64,000 nt of DNA, taken from assembly GCF_044704955.1 (NCBI RefSeq), contig NC_091985.1, forward strand, positions 183,272,001 to 183,336,000, read 5' to 3'. The notes beneath the pieces are model-generated. The model saw nothing but the letters and a program-made list of their open reading frames with translations. It ran no database searches and was not told the origin of the DNA. This document shows, one piece after another, positions 60,297 through 64,000 of this stretch. Origin of the DNA: Pristiophorus japonicus (lineage: Eukaryota). A program made the position numbers and the translations under genes. Each line of letters opens with the position of its first letter. Position 1 is the first letter of the stretch.

Positions 60297-61224
60297 ATTT
60301 CATTTTCAACATCACTTACACAAGCCATCCACACTGGAGGTAAATCTGAGCAGCTTCTGTGTGACGTTGAGGTGATCACTGGACAATAAAGTGCAGAGAC
60401 TGGTGGGTGTCTGCTCATTACCCTCGGTGTGATTTAATCCCCTTTCCCACTGAATACTGTGGACAGACATGGTCACCTTAGTAACGGAATAGTCAGTGTG
60501 ACATCACTTTCTAAACAAGAGCACACACGACAATGGGTTATCAATAAATGGTAAAGGGATTAAACACTCTGCAAGTACATTGTAAATAATAGGAAATAAA
60601 ATGCTGGAAAATAATGCTGGCGAAGATAGTAACTTATCTCAGATGCATAACTTATCTCTGTGGCATTAAGAATGATGTGTTTAGTTAACACACACACACA
60701 CGCACATAATAGATATATAGAGAGCAAAGACATTGTGTGCACACTTTTCAGTTCTTCTGTTTAACCTGATGCTTTTTTAAACTTTATTTGGTCTTTAGGA
60801 GCCTGCGGGAGCCCATCAGGCGGTGCTTGCTGCGTCAGGATACAAAGAGACCGCGCGCTGTTGCTTCTCAGAAGTTGCCTGGGGGAATGGGGAAGATAGT
60901 TAAAGGGACAGGGACTCACTTATCACTGCCTATTTATACTTAAAGGAACAGTCCAATTTATTTCGGAGTTTCGAGGACTTCACGAACCGAGCTCCCATTA
61001 ACAGTCACTCCCTTCTGTACTGTGCAGTGATTGTAAAGCTGTCTATTTCAGTGATTTGCGCCTTTCTAAAATGTCTCACTGTTTTTGATGATCCATTTGA
61101 CGCTTGTCTAATTTGGAAAGACTTCAGAATTGTGCAGTGTGCAGAAGGTTTTGTTGAGTAAAATTTGTTTCAAAATATTATTTCTAACCCTCCCCCAACC
61201 CCCCAAATTTTAGAACACTCTGCA

Positions 61225-61470
61225 ACACTGATTAGGAAGGTTCCAAGTTCGATCCTTGATCTGGACTGTTAGTTGATCTTAGCCAAGGCAGCAGTCCAGG
61301 GGTTATAATTGTCCTCAGTACCACTGGGCTAAATATGAGTAAAAATTAGCCAGTGCCCCTACTCTTGATACCGATCCAATGACATCAACTGGGAAATGAC
61401 CTCAACTGGGAAGTGTATGGATCTCATTTGAGGGCAAGTTTGGACTCGGCTCTGATGCCTACCACAGTGG
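61225..61470 (+). mobile_element. Old SINE-like fragment
   Basis: B-box-like GTTCGATCC at about 61247 followed by sequence resembling a common shark SINE (from memory only). Confidence 0.35.
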
Positions 61471-61521
61471 AAATTTATATCCTATACTTAAAGTAATAAC
61501 TTTTGGAACCTCCATTTGCAG

Positions 61522-61860
61522 GGTATTAGAAGGGGAGGATCTGCAGCTGGGAAACTCAAACCAAACATCATGTCAAGATTTGAGCGATTCACCAGATTGA
61601 TCAGGATCACCTTATCATCAGCCTTTGGAAAAACACCAATCACAGCGGGGAGAAACAGGACGCATGCTCTGTGTGTGGATGCACCTTCAACCAGTCGTCT
61701 AGCCTGTGAGACTCTTGTGCCCAGCTGACTCAACACTGTAAATGTGGGGACTCTGGGAATGGATGCAGATGCGCGTTGGGTGGAAATATAGCAGAGAGAG
61801 GCCGTTTACCACCTGAGTGTGGAAAGAGATTCAGTCGCTCATCTCACCAACTGACATTCG
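61522..61860 (+). pseudogene. Highly degraded C2H2 zinc-finger exon
   Basis: TTTGCAG acceptor; exon start GGTATTAGAAGGGGAGGAT...CTCAAACCAAACATCA is homologous to the start of the 48742 exon; remnants HSGEK..CSVCG and ECGKRFSRSSH. Confidence 0.7.
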
Positions 61861-62515
61861 AGGATTTAGATATCAGACTTTCTCCTGTGAATATAGAACT
61901 GTGTTATTGAGCCGTGATGTTTTTACTTGTTCATCTTGTTGACTGTATACCTTTGCCAATTATTTGATGTGATCGGTTTACTTGTACATGTTTTAAAAAA
62001 TACATTTACTGAGTGGATTCAAATTTAAATTGAAAGCAGCTTTGCAGGCATGATACTCTATTCACACATCGAAGGTGAGAGAGATGCTGTGGGGCACCCG
62101 AAAAGTCCAGTATGTGAGCGTAATTGACAAACTGGGTTTTGTGTTTAGTGATCCTGGGAATGTTAGCTATCCCTACCCTGGAGACCAAGGCAAAAAGAGG
62201 CACTCTGGAAGGTATGGGGAACTGAGAGTTGTGCCTGAGCGTCACCAAAGGCATGAGAACTGAATCACTCTAGAGTTGGAAAGGAGAAAGGGCGCAAAAT
62301 GGAGCAGTCGGTAACAGGATATCAATTATCTCACCTTATCATGGAGATATCAAATATCGACACATTGTATTATTTGAAACATCACAATATTAAACTCCAT
62401 CCCAGTATTCGGGGTTATTAACATCAGCAGAAACAAATCCCAAATGACAGAACGAACACGATTCAGTCAGAATGCGATTATCAGCAGTAATAACAGTAGA
62501 ACCACATTCCTGCAG

Positions 62516-63022
62516 TCACTTGTGAACTCGCATTTCAGATAACTGAGTGAATCCCTTCCCACACTTCCCCAGTGTGAACTCGCTGGAGTTTCAGGAGATC
62601 GGATGACTGAGTGAATCCCTGCGCACACACCGAGCAGGTGAATGGTCTCTCCCTGGTGTGACTGCAACGATGAATTTCTAGATCAGACGGGGAACTGTAA
62701 CCGTTCCCACAGTCCCCACATTCCCACGGTTTCTCCATTATGCGGGAGTCCTTGAGTCTCTCCAGGTTGGACGATCAGTTGAAGCCTCGTCCAACCATAG
62801 AACACGCATAGTTTCTCCCCGCTGTGAATGGTGCAATGTTTTTTCAGGCTCTGTAACTGGTTGAAGCTCTTTCAACAGGCAGTGCATTGGAACACTCACA
62901 CTCGGGTGTGTGTGTGTCTCGGTGCTTTTCCAGTCACAGTGGTATTTGAAATATTTTCCCACAGACAGAACAGACAAACATTTCTCCTTCCGCATTCAAA
63001 GGCCGATGTTCATCATTTCCAG
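62516..63022 (-). pseudogene. C2H2 zinc-finger pseudogene exon
   Basis: [50 protein letters not shown] with an internal deletion; 3' flank homologous to that of the 47945 copy. Confidence 0.85.
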
Positions 63023-63104
63023 CTTACATGGTTGGGTTCAGACCTGCACCCGCTGTGCATAGAGTGAGAGTAAAATCAATGAGATGCTGATTTTCTCTGC
63101 TGGT

Positions 63105-63925
63105 CATTGGGCCTTTCGTGCTGGCCCAATAGAGTGAGCCTGGACTGGCCCAATAGGGTGAGCCTGCGCTGGCCCAATAGGGTGAGCCTGGGTTGGTCCA
63201 ATAGGATGATCCTGGGTTGGTCCAATCGGGTGAACCTGGGCTGGCCCAATCGGGTGAGCCTGGACTGTCACAATAGGGTGAGCCTGGGCTGGTCCAATAA
63301 GGTGAGCCTGGGTTGTTCCAATAGGGTGTGTCTTGATTGTTCCAATAGGTTGAGCCTGGGCTGCGCAATAGGGTGAGCCTGGTTGGCCCAATAGGGCGAG
63401 CCTGTGTTGGCCCAATAGGGTGAGACTGTGCTGGCCCAAAAAGGTGAGCCTGGGCTGGCCCAATAGGGTGAGCCTGGGCTGCTCCAATAGGATGAGCCTG
63501 GGTTGGTCCAATAGGATGACCCTGGGCTGTTCCAATAGGGTGAGCCTGGGCTATCACAATAGATGTGAGCCTGGCTGACCCAATAGGGTGAGCCTGTGTT
63601 GGCCCAATAGGGTGAGACTGTGCTGGCCCAATAGGGTGAGCCTGGGCTGGCCTAATATGGTTAGCTTGGGCTGGGCTGGCTCAATAGGGTGAGCCTGTGC
63701 TGGCCCAACAGGGCGAGTCCGGGCTGGCCCAATAGTGTGAGCCTGGGCTGGCCCAATAGGGTGAGCCTGGGCTGGCCCAATAGGGTTAGCTTGGGCTGTG
63801 CTGGCCCAATAGGGTGAGCCTGGGCTGGCCCAATAGGCTTATCCTGGGCTGTGCTGGCCCAATAGCATGAGCCTGTGCTGGCCCAATAGGGTGAGCCTGG
63901 GCTTGTCCAATAGGATGAGCCCGGG
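63105..63925. repeat. 24-bp minisatellite, about 33 copies
   Basis: Unit CTGGCCCAATAGGGTGAGCCTGGG. Confidence 0.97.
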
Positions 63926-64000
63926 CCCAGGGTCACCAGACAAAAATCAGACCAACAAGGTTCCTTTCAGGGGCCACTGACCTGGGCACAAACATGTGAC

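Noticed and set aside
63024-63936. Repetitive ORFs (HPIGPAQA)n and (SPGSPYW)n, superficially like the Pol II CTD
   Set aside because: Translation of the 24-bp minisatellite; not YSPTSPS and no gene structure.

Overview
Eukaryotic, repeat-dense vertebrate DNA; the repeat and gene families point to a cartilaginous fish (shark/ray), which is an inference. No prokaryotic genes, rRNA or CRISPR are present. Host genes are all degraded members of expanded families: (i) a two-exon GPR139-like class A GPCR pseudogene on the minus strand (exon 1 about 8484-8735, exon 2 from 230 leftwards); (ii) a NACHT-LRR (NLRP3/NLRP12-like) pseudogene on the plus strand (22508-43718: one NACHT exon, four LRR exons, one terminal exon); (iii) three C2H2 zinc-finger pseudogenes. 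Most other sequence is CR1, L2 and RTE LINE fragments (often nested), SINEs, Penelope-like ends with hammerhead-like cores, two 5'-truncated Gypsy LTR elements, MITE-like elements, six minisatellites and a 193-N gap. The most notable object is a 7.6 kb class I endogenous retrovirus (52177-59785, minus) with 550-bp LTRs differing at about 5 sites, a 4-bp TSD and a tRNA-Leu PBS. It has lost CA, the RT core, part of the IN core and most of SU, but keeps a segment between protease and RT with two HxT-like motifs, a candidate 2H phosphodiesterase. All calls were made by eye; boundaries of old repeats are approximate.
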